The notes under the pieces are model-generated. The model did not search any database and had not been told where the DNA came from. It saw only the letters and a list, made by a program, of their open reading frames with translations. The position numbers and the translations under genes were made by a program. From the IMG/VR virus record IMGVR_UViG_3300020202_000076, positions 401-64,400 of that record: a stretch of 64,000 bases of DNA; one strand, 5' to 3'. Shown piece by piece: positions 1-9,538 of the stretch. Origin of the DNA: a virus (Duplodnaviria > Caudoviricetes). Position 1 is the stretch's first letter, and every line of letters begins with the position of its first letter.

Positions 1-147
1 GACTGGCTTCGCAACTGCCTCGATGTGCCGACGCGAGCGCGACTGAACCCCGACAACCAGCCGCACTATCCGGCCGCCCTCAAGAAGTTCAACGCCATCG
101 AGCGCGCCTATCGTGTCTCGCGCGGGCTGGAGACGGAGGCCCGATGA
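1..147 (+). CDS. C-terminal fragment of a phage hypothetical protein (probably continues from 63870-64000)
   Basis: Frame 1 is open: DWLRNCLDVPTRARL...ETEAR*. Its TGA overlaps the ATG of the next gene (ATGA). Confidence 0.6.
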   Translation, partial: DWLRNCLDVPTRARLNPDNQPHYPAALKKFNAIERAYRVSRGLETEAR

Positions 148-488
148 CGGTTCTCCTCCCCAAGACCCGGATCGTGCGCGATCAGAAGTGGCTCGACCAC
201 CTGAAGACGCAGCCGTGCATCATCACGGGCTATCGCGGCAACGATTACGAAGCGGTGGACCCGGCGCACATCGGGACGCTTGGGCGCGGGATCAAGTCGC
301 CGGACAACGAATGCCTCCCGATCCGGCACAGCATCCACGTTCAGATGCACGCGCATGGGGAAATGTCGATCCTACGCGCCCACCTACCGGACGACGTGTT
401 GCGCGCAGCTCTCCGGGCTTATGCGCGCGAGATGTATGCGGAGTGGGCCGGCAAGCGCTTTCGCATGGAGCAGAAGGAGAGAGGGTGA
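144..488 (+). CDS. DUF968/HNH-like Zn-binding nuclease-type protein
   Basis: WLDHLKTQPCIITG...DPAHI...GIKSPDNECLPI..SIH pattern. Confidence 0.6.
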   Translation: MTVLLPKTRIVRDQKWLDHLKTQPCIITGYRGNDYEAVDPAHIGTLGRGIKSPDNECLPIRHSIHVQMHAHGEMSILRAHLPDDVLRAALRAYAREMYAEWAGKRFRMEQKERG

Positions 489-691
489 TGGTTGAGCAAA
501 CGGTCGCTGACATCGCTGATGCCGAATTGCTGAGCCGAGCCGTCAGGAACGCCCGCAGCCGCGACAAGCGCAAGGGCGAGAAGCATTGGCGCTGGGTTGC
601 CGTGATGGACGTCTTCGCTCTTGGTCGGACTTATTCCTGTCAGCTCTGTGAGCGCTTCGGGCTCAATCCTGACGAAGAGGTCGCTCGTTGA
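488..691 (+). CDS. Hypothetical phage protein
   Basis: TGATG coupling, GGAG-like SD; MVEQTVADIADAELL... Confidence 0.6.
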   Translation: MVEQTVADIADAELLSRAVRNARSRDKRKGEKHWRWVAVMDVFALGRTYSCQLCERFGLNPDEEVAR

Positions 692-761
692 CGCGCTCTA
701 GCCGAAACGTAGTGCCTGACCAGATCGAAGAACAGAGTTCAGCAATCCGAAAACTCGTTCC

Positions 762-1055
762 ATGACATCACCAGAAACAAACAAACTACTCGATGAGGTG
801 GACCGCATGGGCCGGCAGCGGAACGGCTCTACGTCCACAGCAAGCAAGATCGCAGAGGCTGCCGACTTCCTCGCCGACGCGGCACCCATCCTCGCCCGAG
901 AGGTCCGCAAGCTCCAAGAGGAACTGGCGGCGGCGGACTACGCGCTCATCATGTCGAACAGCGATAGCGGGAACTGGGATGATCGAGCCCGCAACGCCCT
1001 GGCAGGCGCCCGCTCCCGTCAGCGCACCACCGGGGTGGAGGGGGCCGATGTCTGA
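762..1055 (+). CDS. Hypothetical phage protein
   Basis: ORF in a tightly packed + strand operon. Confidence 0.55.
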   Translation: MTSPETNKLLDEVDRMGRQRNGSTSTASKIAEAADFLADAAPILAREVRKLQEELAAADYALIMSNSDSGNWDDRARNALAGARSRQRTTGVEGADV

Positions 1056-1758
1056 GCGTCACGAGATGGAGATCCTGGAGTGCCCATTCGACGGCTGCCA
1101 ATCACCGCAACCGTGCTTTGACGCTCAGACATGCCTCGCAGAACAGATTCAGCCCTTGGGGGCCACACCAATGATCGATGACACGCACCAAGCGCGACTG
1201 GACGGCGTAGAAGGCGGCGATGCGCAGTACACCGCTCAGCTTGAGGATCGAGTCACCGCGCTGACCGAACAAGTCGAGCAGCTACAGGGCCGAGCGGAGA
1301 GGGCGGAAGCTCTTGCCGACGCACGCAACGAGGGCATGAACGAACTGCTCACCCACCTCTCAGCATCCGAAGCCACCGTGGCGCAGCTACAGACGAGCCT
1401 CATGGGGGCGAGGGAGGTGCTGCGGGAAGCTCGAACCGTTCTGCATCTTCTCCAAAGCAACCCCGAGCTGAGCGGCTGCGGCCAGCATACGCATGCCATC
1501 GCCAGCGTTAATGCCGCCCTTGCGTTGAAGGCAGATTGGCCGAAAGAGATCGCGGGTCTTGTGATGGCCGTCGTCATGGACCTGGACGTGCCAAAGGCGA
1601 TGGGCGCGGTTCTGGCGGCCTACCCGTCCCTCGCAGAGCAGGCGAGCGGTCTAGAGCCCGTTCGCACCGAGCCGATTTATGACGGATCGAGACGGGGGCA
1701 ACGACTCATGCCGCCGCGCTTCGCCCTGCGTGCAGAGAAGTTCAGGAGCGCACGATGA
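1048..1758 (+). CDS. Hypothetical coiled-coil protein
   Basis: ATG at 1048 after GGAGG; coiled-coil segment AQLEDRVTALTEQVEQLQ. Confidence 0.55.
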   Translation: MSERHEMEILECPFDGCQSPQPCFDAQTCLAEQIQPLGATPMIDDTHQARLDGVEGGDAQYTAQLEDRVTALTEQVEQLQGRAERAEALADARNEGMNELLTHLSASEATVAQLQTSLMGAREVLREARTVLHLLQSNPELSGCGQHTHAIASVNAALALKADWPKEIAGLVMAVVMDLDVPKAMGAVLAAYPSLAEQASGLEPVRTEPIYDGSRRGQRLMPPRFALRAEKFRSAR

Positions 1759-2303
1759 CCCCCTCACCGACGAAAGAGGAAATCCAGGCGCTGATCGCGG
1801 AGCTTCGCGACGATGCTGATGCACGCGACGGCGGCGCAGTTCGCCATCCGTTGCTGGGCGCCTCGCGCATTCGGGCGGCGGCGAGCGCTCTCGAAGCTCT
1901 ATACCGCAATCTCACCACAGCAGGCAGGGATGGGTTCATGAAGGCGAGGGAGGCGGCGGCGAAGTGGCACGACGAGCGGCGCGCGTCAGCAGAACGACAA
2001 TGCGAAGCTCTACAGTATCCAGTCGAGCATCCGTTCCAGACCATCGCGCGCCCGAGTGTCGCAGCATTTAGGGAAGAAGAAAAACTTCATACGAATTGCG
2101 CCTCCGCCATCCGCTCCATCCCCCTCCCCACAGAGATGGAAGAGGAGAAGGTGGGGGATGATGGATGGATCGATAAGGTGACCGTTCGCCTAAACAAGCT
2201 TGAGTTTTTTCTCCGAGGCTCAGATGCAAACGAAAGCGCTCACGCCCTCGTATGCGAAGCCCTCGCCCTCCTCCCCTCTAAGGACATCCAAGATGGCGAC
2301 TGA
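1755..2303 (+). CDS. Hypothetical phage protein
   Basis: ATGA coupling with the previous gene. Confidence 0.55.
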   Translation: MTPSPTKEEIQALIAELRDDADARDGGAVRHPLLGASRIRAAASALEALYRNLTTAGRDGFMKAREAAAKWHDERRASAERQCEALQYPVEHPFQTIARPSVAAFREEEKLHTNCASAIRSIPLPTEMEEEKVGDDGWIDKVTVRLNKLEFFLRGSDANESAHALVCEALALLPSKDIQDGD

Positions 2304-2493
2304 CCTTGAGGACAGACTGGCGAAGGATGCGTATCTGGTCGCCCTCGTATCCGTGGCCGAGGATCTGCCGCGCCTGATGAAGCAGGAGAATGCGTTCCTC
2401 GTCGCGCTCATCATCGGCTTGACCAAGGCGGTCAAAGAAGCGCGGCCGGACGTGCCGTTCATCGCCACCAAGGGAGGCCCCAATGGCGGATGA
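2293..2493 (+). CDS. Hypothetical phage protein
   Basis: AGGA SD and ATG at 2293; overlaps neighbours. Confidence 0.5.
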   Translation: MATDLEDRLAKDAYLVALVSVAEDLPRLMKQENAFLVALIIGLTKAVKEARPDVPFIATKGGPNGG

Positions 2494-2860
2494 AGTGAAG
2501 CTGGATGAGCGGGGGCTGGAGGCGGCGTGCATCTATTCCGTCGAGACGATGGGCAAGTACACGTCCCCGCGCCAAGTCATCGAAGGAATCATCCGAGCCT
2601 ACCTCACGCACACCCTCGGGCAGGAGAAGGAGGGGTGGAGGCCCGTTCCGCACATTCGCGAGCGGCAGGAGGGCGTGGCGCCGTGGGATGGCAGGCGGGT
2701 GTTGCTTTGGTCTCGACTCTATCCGCAGACGCCGACCGTCTCGCGATGGATCGAGGCCAACATGGGCGCGGGGTGGGAGGGCTACTACATCACGCCCGAT
2801 CTCTGGCATCCGCTGCCGGGCCTTCCCGCCCCTCCGCCTTCTATGGAGAAGAAGCCGTGA
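2483..2860 (+). CDS. Hypothetical protein with DUF551-like C-terminus
   Basis: GWRPV...APWDGRRVLLW...W.PLP.LP.PP pattern. Confidence 0.55.
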   Translation: MADEVKLDERGLEAACIYSVETMGKYTSPRQVIEGIIRAYLTHTLGQEKEGWRPVPHIRERQEGVAPWDGRRVLLWSRLYPQTPTVSRWIEANMGAGWEGYYITPDLWHPLPGLPAPPPSMEKKP

Positions 2861-3096
2861 GCGATGAATACATTCCGCCGCTCGTTTCGTTTCCCGGCGC
2901 ACCCCTCACACCCGAAGTTGTCCTGCATCGAACGCTCAACAAGCTGGAGCACATCAAGGGCGTGACGGTCATCATTCAATGGAAAGCCGACGAAAGCTTT
3001 TCGGTCGACTGGTCGACGATGAACAAGAGCGAGCTTTACATGTCGGCGCGAGTTCTGGATCAGACCGCCGTCGAAAGCGCGAGGAGCGATCCGTGA
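2857..3096 (+). CDS. Hypothetical phage protein
   Basis: GTGA coupling; VSDEYIPPLVSFPG... Confidence 0.55.
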   Translation: MSDEYIPPLVSFPGAPLTPEVVLHRTLNKLEHIKGVTVIIQWKADESFSVDWSTMNKSELYMSARVLDQTAVESARSDP

Positions 3097-3205
3097 TGCG
3101 CTCCTCTAGCCGACAGGAACCGCTTCCGGAAGAGAATGGAAAGCGTTCAGCCCGAAAAGATTCTGATGTGCGCTTCGCGATCACGTTGAGAAAGGGCCAG
3201 AACTT

Positions 3206-3580
3206 ATGACCGCCGAGTTGATCGAGAGATTGGAGCAAGCTGAGGGGCCGTCGCCTGAACTCGACGAAGCGATCTTCCAGGTCGTCTTCGGCGATCAACC
3301 GCTCGCGAGCCCCGGCCGCAGATTCACCTCCAGTGTCGATGCGGCCCTTACCTTGGTGCCGGAGGGGTGGGATTGGGCCGTCAGCACATCGACCACAGGG
3401 CCTGACGTGGCGGCATGCTTTTTTGCCTCCGTGAGGGAGACGCAGCCGTTCGACCCAGTGACATTGCAATGGCCAGATCGGCCGGACGCAGAAGGCTTCA
3501 AGCATCATAAGGGCGGCCCCGCGCTCGCCCTCTGCATCGCCAGCCTTAAGGCCCGTCTTTCCGTGATCGCGAGAGGGTGA
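3206..3580 (+). CDS. Hypothetical phage protein
   Basis: LIERLE.AEGPS.ELD..I...FTSSVDAALTLVPEGW...PALALCIA.LKAR, a pattern I recognise from alphaproteobacterial phage proteins. Confidence 0.65.
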   Translation: MTAELIERLEQAEGPSPELDEAIFQVVFGDQPLASPGRRFTSSVDAALTLVPEGWDWAVSTSTTGPDVAACFFASVRETQPFDPVTLQWPDRPDAEGFKHHKGGPALALCIASLKARLSVIARG

Positions 3581-3627
3581 AGAGATCAGGGGTGGCTTCG
3601 CATCACGCGGATGGGCATTGCGTCAAC

Positions 3628-3870
3628 ATGGAGAGCGAGAACATGGACGACTCCTTCGGCGCCCGACTCTTGACGGCACGCAAGCGCCGCGACCTCTCAG
3701 CATCGCAGCTCGCCGAGCGCGCGGACATCAACGTCACGCAGATCTCTCATTTTGAGAACGGTCAGCGACAGCCGGGCGCCGACAACATCCGCAAGCTCGC
3801 ACGCGCCCTAGACATCACGGCCGATTTCCTGCTCGGCCTGACGACTGATACGCGAAGGATCAGCTCATGA
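3628..3870 (+). CDS. XRE-family HTH transcriptional regulator
   Basis: FGARLLTARKRRDLSASQLAERADINVTQISHFENGQRQP...LARALDITADFLLG. Confidence 0.85.
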   Translation: MESENMDDSFGARLLTARKRRDLSASQLAERADINVTQISHFENGQRQPGADNIRKLARALDITADFLLGLTTDTRRISS

Positions 3871-3914
3871 CCACCCCTCCCCCCGGTAACAGCGGAAGCC
3901 GAAGGAAGGCAGAC

Positions 3915-4205
3915 GTGAGCGTCGACTATTTCCTGTTTTCGCCCGGGGCCAACAGGGCAGTGCTGATCGGCTCGGTCGGCGCGTTCGGTGTCAAATCTTG
4001 GCCGGTTGAATATGGCGGGCGGGAGTTCATCGCTTGGGCAATCGAGGAATCCATCAACGACGTGCGGATGGTGAGCGAGCGCGAGTTGCCGGAGAGTTAT
4101 GAACGCTTTGTCCCGCGGCCCCCCGCGACGAACGAGGAAGACAGCGGCAGGACTCCGCAGAAGACGGAGCCCCTACTTAAGTCTTCCCCTGATAGGGACA
4201 CATGA
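3915..4205 (+). CDS. Hypothetical protein bracketed by family-I junction motifs
   Basis: GTG at 3915 (or ATG at 3867); C-terminus is encoded through the motif at 4122-4171. Confidence 0.5.
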   Translation: MSVDYFLFSPGANRAVLIGSVGAFGVKSWPVEYGGREFIAWAIEESINDVRMVSERELPESYERFVPRPPATNEEDSGRTPQKTEPLLKSSPDRDT

Positions 4206-4522
4206 CGGCGAGGCGGGGTGACATCGCTGATCTGCCGGCTTGGCCGCTCGGGCTCTCGCTCGAACAGGCTGCCGCTATGGTCGGGGTGTCCGAAAGCCAC
4301 TTCCTTGAGCACTGCAAGCTGATTCCCGTCCGCATCGGCTCCCGGAAACTCTACGACCGGGACGAGGTCACCGCCTGGTTCAAGGGCTTGAAGGGGGTGG
4401 TTGACGCGACCAAGCCCGGCAAGCCAGCCTTACCGCCCCGCCGCCGTTCTGCCATGGAGATGCTGGATGCCGCGTTCACGAAAGAACGTAGTCCGCCGCA
4501 AGCTCGCAGACGGCTCGGTTAA
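4202..4522 (+). CDS. xis: Excisionase / AlpA-like HTH
   Basis: PLGLSLEQAAAMVGVSESHF...PVRIGSRKLYDRDEV..W; immediately upstream of and overlapping the integrase. Confidence 0.75.
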   Translation: MTARRGDIADLPAWPLGLSLEQAAAMVGVSESHFLEHCKLIPVRIGSRKLYDRDEVTAWFKGLKGVVDATKPGKPALPPRRRSAMEMLDAAFTKERSPPQARRRLG

Positions 4523-5435
4523 GGTCTATGTCTACGAGGGCGGGATCAGGACGGACGCCGAAGAGGCGCCGAAGCCCAAAGACCTCGGCGACCTGATCCG
4601 TGACTACCGCCGCCCCAAAGGCCCATGGTGGAAGCTCGCTCCGAACACGCAGCGCACGCAGAACGCGGCAATGAAGAAACTGGAGGCCATTCACGCGACG
4701 CTGCTATCCGACATCGACGCGGCGTGGTGCGAGCGCGTTCAAGAGCACCTGTCGGATACCCCCGGCATCGCCAACATCACCACCGGACTGTTGCGGCGCA
4801 TGTTCAAGCGCGGCGTGAAGCTCAAATGGATGCCCTTCAACCCTGCTGCAGACCTTGAGAAGCTGAAGACCGGAGAGGGCAAGCCCTGGCCGCTCTGGGC
4901 CATCAGGCAGTTCCGTCAGCGCGCCCCGGCGGACTGGTGCTTCATCTTCGACCTTGCCATCGCCACCGGCCTGCGCGTGAGCGACCTGCGGGCGCTTCGG
5001 TGGTCCAACTACGACGGGACATGGATACGGTGCATCCAGCAGAAGACCGGCGAGGAAGTCGAATGCCTGCTGGTGCCCGAGATGGTGCGGCGCCTCAATC
5101 AGAAGAAGCGCCAGGCGCGGGGGCTGTCGATCATCGCCACGGCGACGGGCACGCCCTACACCAAGACCGGCTTTGAAGCAGCCTGGTACAAGGTCCTCAA
5201 GCACACGGGGTTGAAGGGGAAGGGCTACACCTTCCACGGGCTGCGCCACACGCACGGCACCATGCGCGCGGACTCCGGCGACAGCGAGCACACCATCGCC
5301 GCAGCCCTCGGCCACAAGAGCCTTCAGAGCACGCGCCGATACACGAAGAACGCCAACCGACGCCGGCTTTTGGAAGACGCTCAGGAGCGTTTTGCCGCCG
5401 AGTGGCAAAACGGCAAATCCAGCAAGTCTAACTAG
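4467..5435 (+). CDS. int: Tyrosine integrase
   Basis: Catalytic motifs TGLRVSD, QQKTG, FHGLRHT, LGHKS and RRY. Confidence 0.95.
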   Translation: MPRSRKNVVRRKLADGSVKVYVYEGGIRTDAEEAPKPKDLGDLIRDYRRPKGPWWKLAPNTQRTQNAAMKKLEAIHATLLSDIDAAWCERVQEHLSDTPGIANITTGLLRRMFKRGVKLKWMPFNPAADLEKLKTGEGKPWPLWAIRQFRQRAPADWCFIFDLAIATGLRVSDLRALRWSNYDGTWIRCIQQKTGEEVECLLVPEMVRRLNQKKRQARGLSIIATATGTPYTKTGFEAAWYKVLKHTGLKGKGYTFHGLRHTHGTMRADSGDSEHTIAAALGHKSLQSTRRYTKNANRRRLLEDAQERFAAEWQNGKSSKSN

Positions 5436-5560
5436 CGATCACCCTTGAGAAAATGCCATGCTTTTGGTAACGCACACTCCCAATCATCTGAGCGACTTAA
5501 TGAGGCGCGGCTGTCAAAAGTTGGCCGCCGTGTTCCTGAGTCGTTTGCTGTCGGCAAAAC
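5389..5560. other. Putative attP region with integrase arm-type repeats
   Basis: Lower-GC stretch after int. GGCAAAAC at 5389-5396 (-), 5404-5411 and 5553-5560; variant GGCAAATC at 5412-5419. Confidence 0.45.
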
Positions 5561-5624
5561 GAACGGCCGACATGCTGGCCAAGGCCCGAGCGAAGGGGCT
5601 GAAGATCATCGAGCGGGGAGCGCA

Positions 5625-5894
5625 ATGAGCGAGCGATGCCCAACTTGTGGTCAGTCGATGCGCAAGCCGACCGCGCCGCCGATCATGAGTGCGGACGCCC
5701 TGGTCGCGTTGATGCGATCGCCAACGCCCAAGGGCGGCTCCGCATGCGTCTATCTGACGAACAGCGGCGGATACGCCATCGAGTACGGGCGGGGTCGCGT
5801 TCATCTGGACGCCATAGACGAGGCGCGGTCTCGCGGGCTCATCGTGCCAAAGTGGCCAGATCGTCACCCCACCGGCTATTGGCGGCTGGCGTAA
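5625..5894 (+). CDS. Hypothetical protein with N-terminal CxxC
   Basis: GGGGAG SD; MSERCPTCG. Confidence 0.55.
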   Translation: MSERCPTCGQSMRKPTAPPIMSADALVALMRSPTPKGGSACVYLTNSGGYAIEYGRGRVHLDAIDEARSRGLIVPKWPDRHPTGYWRLA

Positions 5895-5913
5895 GGCTCA
5901 GCCACAATGCCCC

Positions 5914-6201
5914 ATGCCCTCCGCCTACACCGTCGCCGACGTGCTCCGCTATGGCTACACGCTGACGGTCTATTGCCGGAACCACAAATGCGAGCGGAAC
6001 AAGAAGCCTGCCCCTGGAGCACCGAGAATCCCGAAGTGGGTAACCCTCGACCTGTCGAAATATCCTCCTATGACACCTGTAGACGACATAGAGGCAAGGC
6101 TCAGATGCTCGGTATGCAATGGGAAGGATGTGCTTCTACAGGTGACGCCGGGAGAGGGTGTGCCGGGAGCGGGAAAGCCGAAGTATCGGCCTATGGAGTA
6201 G
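5914..6201 (+). CDS. Zn-ribbon hypothetical protein
   Basis: LTVYCRNHKC...RLRCSVCNGK. Confidence 0.65.
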   Translation: MPSAYTVADVLRYGYTLTVYCRNHKCERNKKPAPGAPRIPKWVTLDLSKYPPMTPVDDIEARLRCSVCNGKDVLLQVTPGEGVPGAGKPKYRPME

Positions 6202-6288
6202 AATATGGACTGGGCACTGTCTCAGTTAGATCGGTGACCGGCCGCTAACGGGGTTGGACCCGTCCGGCCCCCATGCCATCTTAGCCGC

Positions 6289-6469
6289 ATGCCCAAGGGA
6301 CCTAAAGGCGAGCGCCGCCCCGCCGATGTCGTCGGCGCCGCCATCATGGTGGCGAAGATCGCGGTCGGCGAGGTCGAAGAGAACACGCCGGCCAGGGAAG
6401 GGAAAGAGTACGCCCGCAAGGGCGGCCTGAAGGGCGGGAAGGCCCGCGCCAAGGCCCTTACCCCCAATC
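6289..6469 (+). pseudogene. Small basic IS-associated protein, truncated by the IS1595 left end
   Basis: MPKGPKGERRPADVVGAAIMVAKIAVGE...GGLKGGKARAKALTP; the frame runs into the terminal inverted repeat at 6470. Confidence 0.6.
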
Positions 6470-6633
6470 CGGTCTTTTGGTGCAAAGGCCACCAACCGAT
6501 TCAAGGTGATAAGCGATGAACGAGCAGAACCCGAGAGAAGCGGCATTAGGTAGCTGAAACAACCAGCCTCCTTTTGCCGCTCAGTTGAAAGGACTGAGCT
6601 ATGGAATTCCGGAAGGGGGCGATGGTCGCCCTC

Positions 6634-7527
6634 TCAGTCTTGGTACTCGTAGTTGGGATCGTCGTGAACAACGAGGCGTTCGGAAGCTCCTCCGACCTCT
6701 TCCAGGACGCGACAGCAAGACGTGGTGCGCCCGCGTCCATCCAAATCGACATAGTTCACGATCCCCACGACATAGAACTTCGCGGTTCCGTTCCTAAGCT
6801 CGATGAATTCCGAGCCTGTAATCGCCCTATGCACCGGGAGCCCAGACGGTATTTGCGGCATTCCTGGGTGCATCCATCCGTCCATCGCGAGAATGACGGG
6901 CGTCATGCTCCCGAGGTCAGTTTCCCGAGGTGGGAGCGGTCGTCCCTTGGGAAGGATGATGCCTACTATCACCGCGCGCCGAACCTGACCGAGCGTGAGC
7001 CCGCTGTTCACTATCGCCCAGTCAACTGTGACTGGTTGTTCGCTGGTGATCGACCTCGCCATCCAAACATGACGCACGCGGATCAGCGGGCGATGATTGG
7101 CGCGGAAGTCCCTTTGCAGCTCGCCAGTGGTGCGTCGGGCCTCTCCAAAGGTCTTCCACAAGAACCAAAGGGTGATGAACCCAACAACCAGTTGAACGGC
7201 CGTGAGCCCCGCGAGCGCGCTGGCCCAGAAGGCCATGTCTTCCTGTGCTTTAAGGTCCGCAGCCTCCCGCTTGTCATCGTCGGGCTTGTCGGCCTCTTTG
7301 CGTGCCTCACGGGCATCTTGGCGGGAAAGTATCTGTATCGCCTCGTTGGCGGCGGATACGAGGCCCCACAACGCTTCGATGGCGTGCGTGTTGTCGGTAT
7401 TCTGGCTTTGGGGATTGGCTTGATCTGGGCTGGGCTGCTGTTGGGCAAAAGCTACTGCGCCTAGCAGCAACCAGACAGCTAGGAGTCCTCCAGCCGCAAG
7501 ACGGTGCAGCCAATCGCTACGAGACAT
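6634..7527 (-). CDS. Membrane/secreted passenger protein
   Basis: N-terminal signal-like segment and a second TM (FWASALAGLTAVQLVVGFITLWFLW). Confidence 0.7.
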   Translation of the reverse strand: MSRSDWLHRLAAGGLLAVWLLLGAVAFAQQQPSPDQANPQSQNTDNTHAIEALWGLVSAANEAIQILSRQDAREARKEADKPDDDKREAADLKAQEDMAFWASALAGLTAVQLVVGFITLWFLWKTFGEARRTTGELQRDFRANHRPLIRVRHVWMARSITSEQPVTVDWAIVNSGLTLGQVRRAVIVGIILPKGRPLPPRETDLGSMTPVILAMDGWMHPGMPQIPSGLPVHRAITGSEFIELRNGTAKFYVVGIVNYVDLDGRGRTTSCCRVLEEVGGASERLVVHDDPNYEYQD

Positions 7528-7706
7528 TGGACAAAGAAAGCCGCCGTGAAGCCACCCCGGCTGATCTTGTTCGCGATGTTGCGTTCTGTCTCGCGGATTC
7601 CGAGTGGTTCTAGCTTTTCGGCCAACTCTCGGTAGCCGACGTTTCGGCGCTTAAGTTCGGCCTTTAACAAGGACTTAACCCGCTCAGACCATTCCTTTTC
7701 CGGCAT
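7479..7706 (-). CDS. DUF6471-like HTH protein, divergent from the transposase
   Basis: W..RVKSLLKAELKRRNVGY.ELAEKL...ETERNIANKISRGGFTAAFFVQCL.AIG. Confidence 0.8.
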   Translation of the reverse strand: MPEKEWSERVKSLLKAELKRRNVGYRELAEKLEPLGIRETERNIANKISRGGFTAAFFVQCLVAIGCTVLRLEDS

Positions 7707-7806
7707 AGACACCCCGTTTCCGTGGGAAATATCACCATATCCGATGTAAACACCATTGACAACGGGACGGATCATCATCATATTCGATGTATCAACATCG
7801 GATTTG

Positions 7807-8775
7807 ATGATGTCTCAGCACTTCCTCCTCTCCTCAGCCGCCCGTTCGCTCTCCCTGGCGAAGGTCATGCGGCTGTCGGACGAAGAGGCTTCCGCCACCT
7901 TCGCCAAGGTCCGTTGGGCGTGTAACGACGGCAAGCCGGTCTGCCCGAAATGCGGCTCCGTGACCGTCTACGCCTGCAAGTCCCGCCCGATCTTCAAGTG
8001 CAAGGACTGCAAGGCGCAGTTCAGCGTCACGAGCGGCACCATCTTTGCCGACCGCAAGCTCCCGGTGCGCGACATTCTCGCGGCCATTGCGATCTTCACG
8101 AACGGCGCCAAGGGCTACTCGGCGCTTCAACTGAGCCGCGATCTGGATTGCCAGTACAAGACGGCGTTCGTTCTCGCGCACAAGCTCCGGGAAGCGATGG
8201 CGGCTGAGAGCAAGACGCGCACGCTCAAGGGTCACGTCGAGATCGACGGCGCTTTCTTCGGCGGTCACGTCCAGCCCGAGAACCGCAAGGAAGACCGCAA
8301 GGACCTGCGCCTCAAGCGGAACCAGACCGGCAAGCGCAAGGCCGTGGTGGTCATGCGCGAGCGCAACGGCAAGACGCTTACCGCCGTCTTCGCGGCCGAA
8401 GGCGATGCCGTCCAGACCGTGCGTGACCGCGTTGAGAGCGGCACCACGATCTATGCCGACGAAGCCTCGCATTGGGATGCGCTGCACTCGCGCTTTGACG
8501 CGAAGCGCATCAATCACAGCATCGCCTTCTCGGATGACGGCGCCTGCACGAACCAAGCGGAGAGCTTCTTTAGCCGTCTCCGCCGCGCGGAGATCGGCAC
8601 GCACCATCATATCAGCGGCCAGTACCTCGCTTCCTACGCCAACGAAATGGCGTGGCGCGAAGACAACCGCCGCGTTCCGAACGGCAAGCAGTTCCTGATG
8701 ATCGCGGGCGCCGTCATGGCCGCTCCGGTCTCGTCTCAGTGGTGCGGTTACTGGCAGAGGAGCAACAAGGAATGA
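7807..8775 (+). CDS. IS1595-family DDE transposase
   Basis: Zn finger CPKC...CKDC; VEIDGAFFGG, IYADE, INHS, TNQAESFFSRLRR, YANEMAWRED. Confidence 0.95.
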   Translation: MMSQHFLLSSAARSLSLAKVMRLSDEEASATFAKVRWACNDGKPVCPKCGSVTVYACKSRPIFKCKDCKAQFSVTSGTIFADRKLPVRDILAAIAIFTNGAKGYSALQLSRDLDCQYKTAFVLAHKLREAMAAESKTRTLKGHVEIDGAFFGGHVQPENRKEDRKDLRLKRNQTGKRKAVVVMRERNGKTLTAVFAAEGDAVQTVRDRVESGTTIYADEASHWDALHSRFDAKRINHSIAFSDDGACTNQAESFFSRLRRAEIGTHHHISGQYLASYANEMAWREDNRRVPNGKQFLMIAGAVMAAPVSSQWCGYWQRSNKE

Positions 8776-9218
8776 AGATCGAGCGCCCCAACACTCTCTC
8801 GGGCCTCGTGGACAAGCGCCGCGAGATCGCCGGCAAGGTCGGCGAGACGCGCGCCCTGCTACGCCAACTCATCATCGACTTGGACCACGTAGACGCGGCT
8901 ATCCGCCTCTTCGATCCGACCTACGATGTAGAGGGACTGCGGCCGAAGCTTCCGCAGGCTCGCGGCTACGCCATGAAAGGCGACGTGACGCGCGCCTTTC
9001 TGGAAATCCTGCGGAAGGCGGATGGCCCAATGACTACGCAAGAGCTAGCCAAGCACCTGATGACCGAACGTGGCCTCGATCCCAAGGACGTTGATCTAGT
9101 GCAGACCATGACTCGGCGCGCGGGGCCGCTTCTCAAGAACCAATTGAAACGCGGCGTTCTCAGGCGGACCAAAGACCCGAAGCATGGGCGCTTTAGCTTC
9201 TGGGAGATCGCGGACTAG
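8772..9218 (+). CDS. IS passenger: coiled coil plus winged-HTH-like protein
   Basis: ATGA-coupled to the transposase; SGLVDKRREIAG...DLDHVDAAIRLFDP...ILRKADGPMTTQELA. Confidence 0.75.
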   Translation: MKIERPNTLSGLVDKRREIAGKVGETRALLRQLIIDLDHVDAAIRLFDPTYDVEGLRPKLPQARGYAMKGDVTRAFLEILRKADGPMTTQELAKHLMTERGLDPKDVDLVQTMTRRAGPLLKNQLKRGVLRRTKDPKHGRFSFWEIAD

Positions 9219-9406
9219 CTTTCCGGATGGTCTGACGCCTTCCGAGGCGCGATGACCTGTTTTCCCAACGCCTCCCTGATGCCGGCCTCAATCAGGGTTC
9301 GCGCCACGTCAGTCTTGTCCTTCCCGTACGCGCCGATATCCGCCAAATCCTCAAGATAGGCGTGCATGATCGGGGCTAGACGCGGCTCAACCTTCTTATT
9401 GGCCAT
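9215..9406 (-). CDS. Small ribbon-helix-helix-like protein
   Basis: 63 aa, KKVEPRL...YLEDLADIGAYGKDKTDVARTLIE.GIRE; palindromic repeats upstream. Confidence 0.55.
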   Translation of the reverse strand: MANKKVEPRLAPIMHAYLEDLADIGAYGKDKTDVARTLIEAGIREALGKQVIAPRKASDHPES

Positions 9407-9427
9407 TGGAGGCAGCGTACCACGACA

Positions 9428-9469
9428 TGGCTGCCAATTGACCGCCAGTCGGCTGCCATTTGGCAGCCA
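9428..9469. promoter_or_regulatory. Putative operator repeats (GGCTGCCA)
   Basis: GGCTGCCA at 9429 and the palindrome GGCTGCCA-TT-TGGCAGCC at 9451-9468, upstream of the RHH-like gene. Confidence 0.45.
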
Positions 9470-9509
9470 CAACATGCTTGACGGCGCCGGCCGTCACCTA
9501 CTACATTTC

Positions 9510-9538
9510 GAAAAAGAAGGGCGCCCGAAGGCGCCCCT
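9510..9538 (-). terminator. Rho-independent terminator
   Basis: Minus strand GGGCGCC-TTCG-GGCGCCC followed by TTCTTTTT. Confidence 0.7.

Noticed and set aside
1135-1156. CTCGCAGAACAGATTCAGCCC as a collapsed family-II site
   Set aside because: Too short and degenerate to distinguish from chance.
6601-7464. 287-aa + strand ORF in the IS
   Set aside because: Fully antisense to 6634-7527(-), which has the more coherent signal/TM architecture and is coupled to the DUF6471-like gene.
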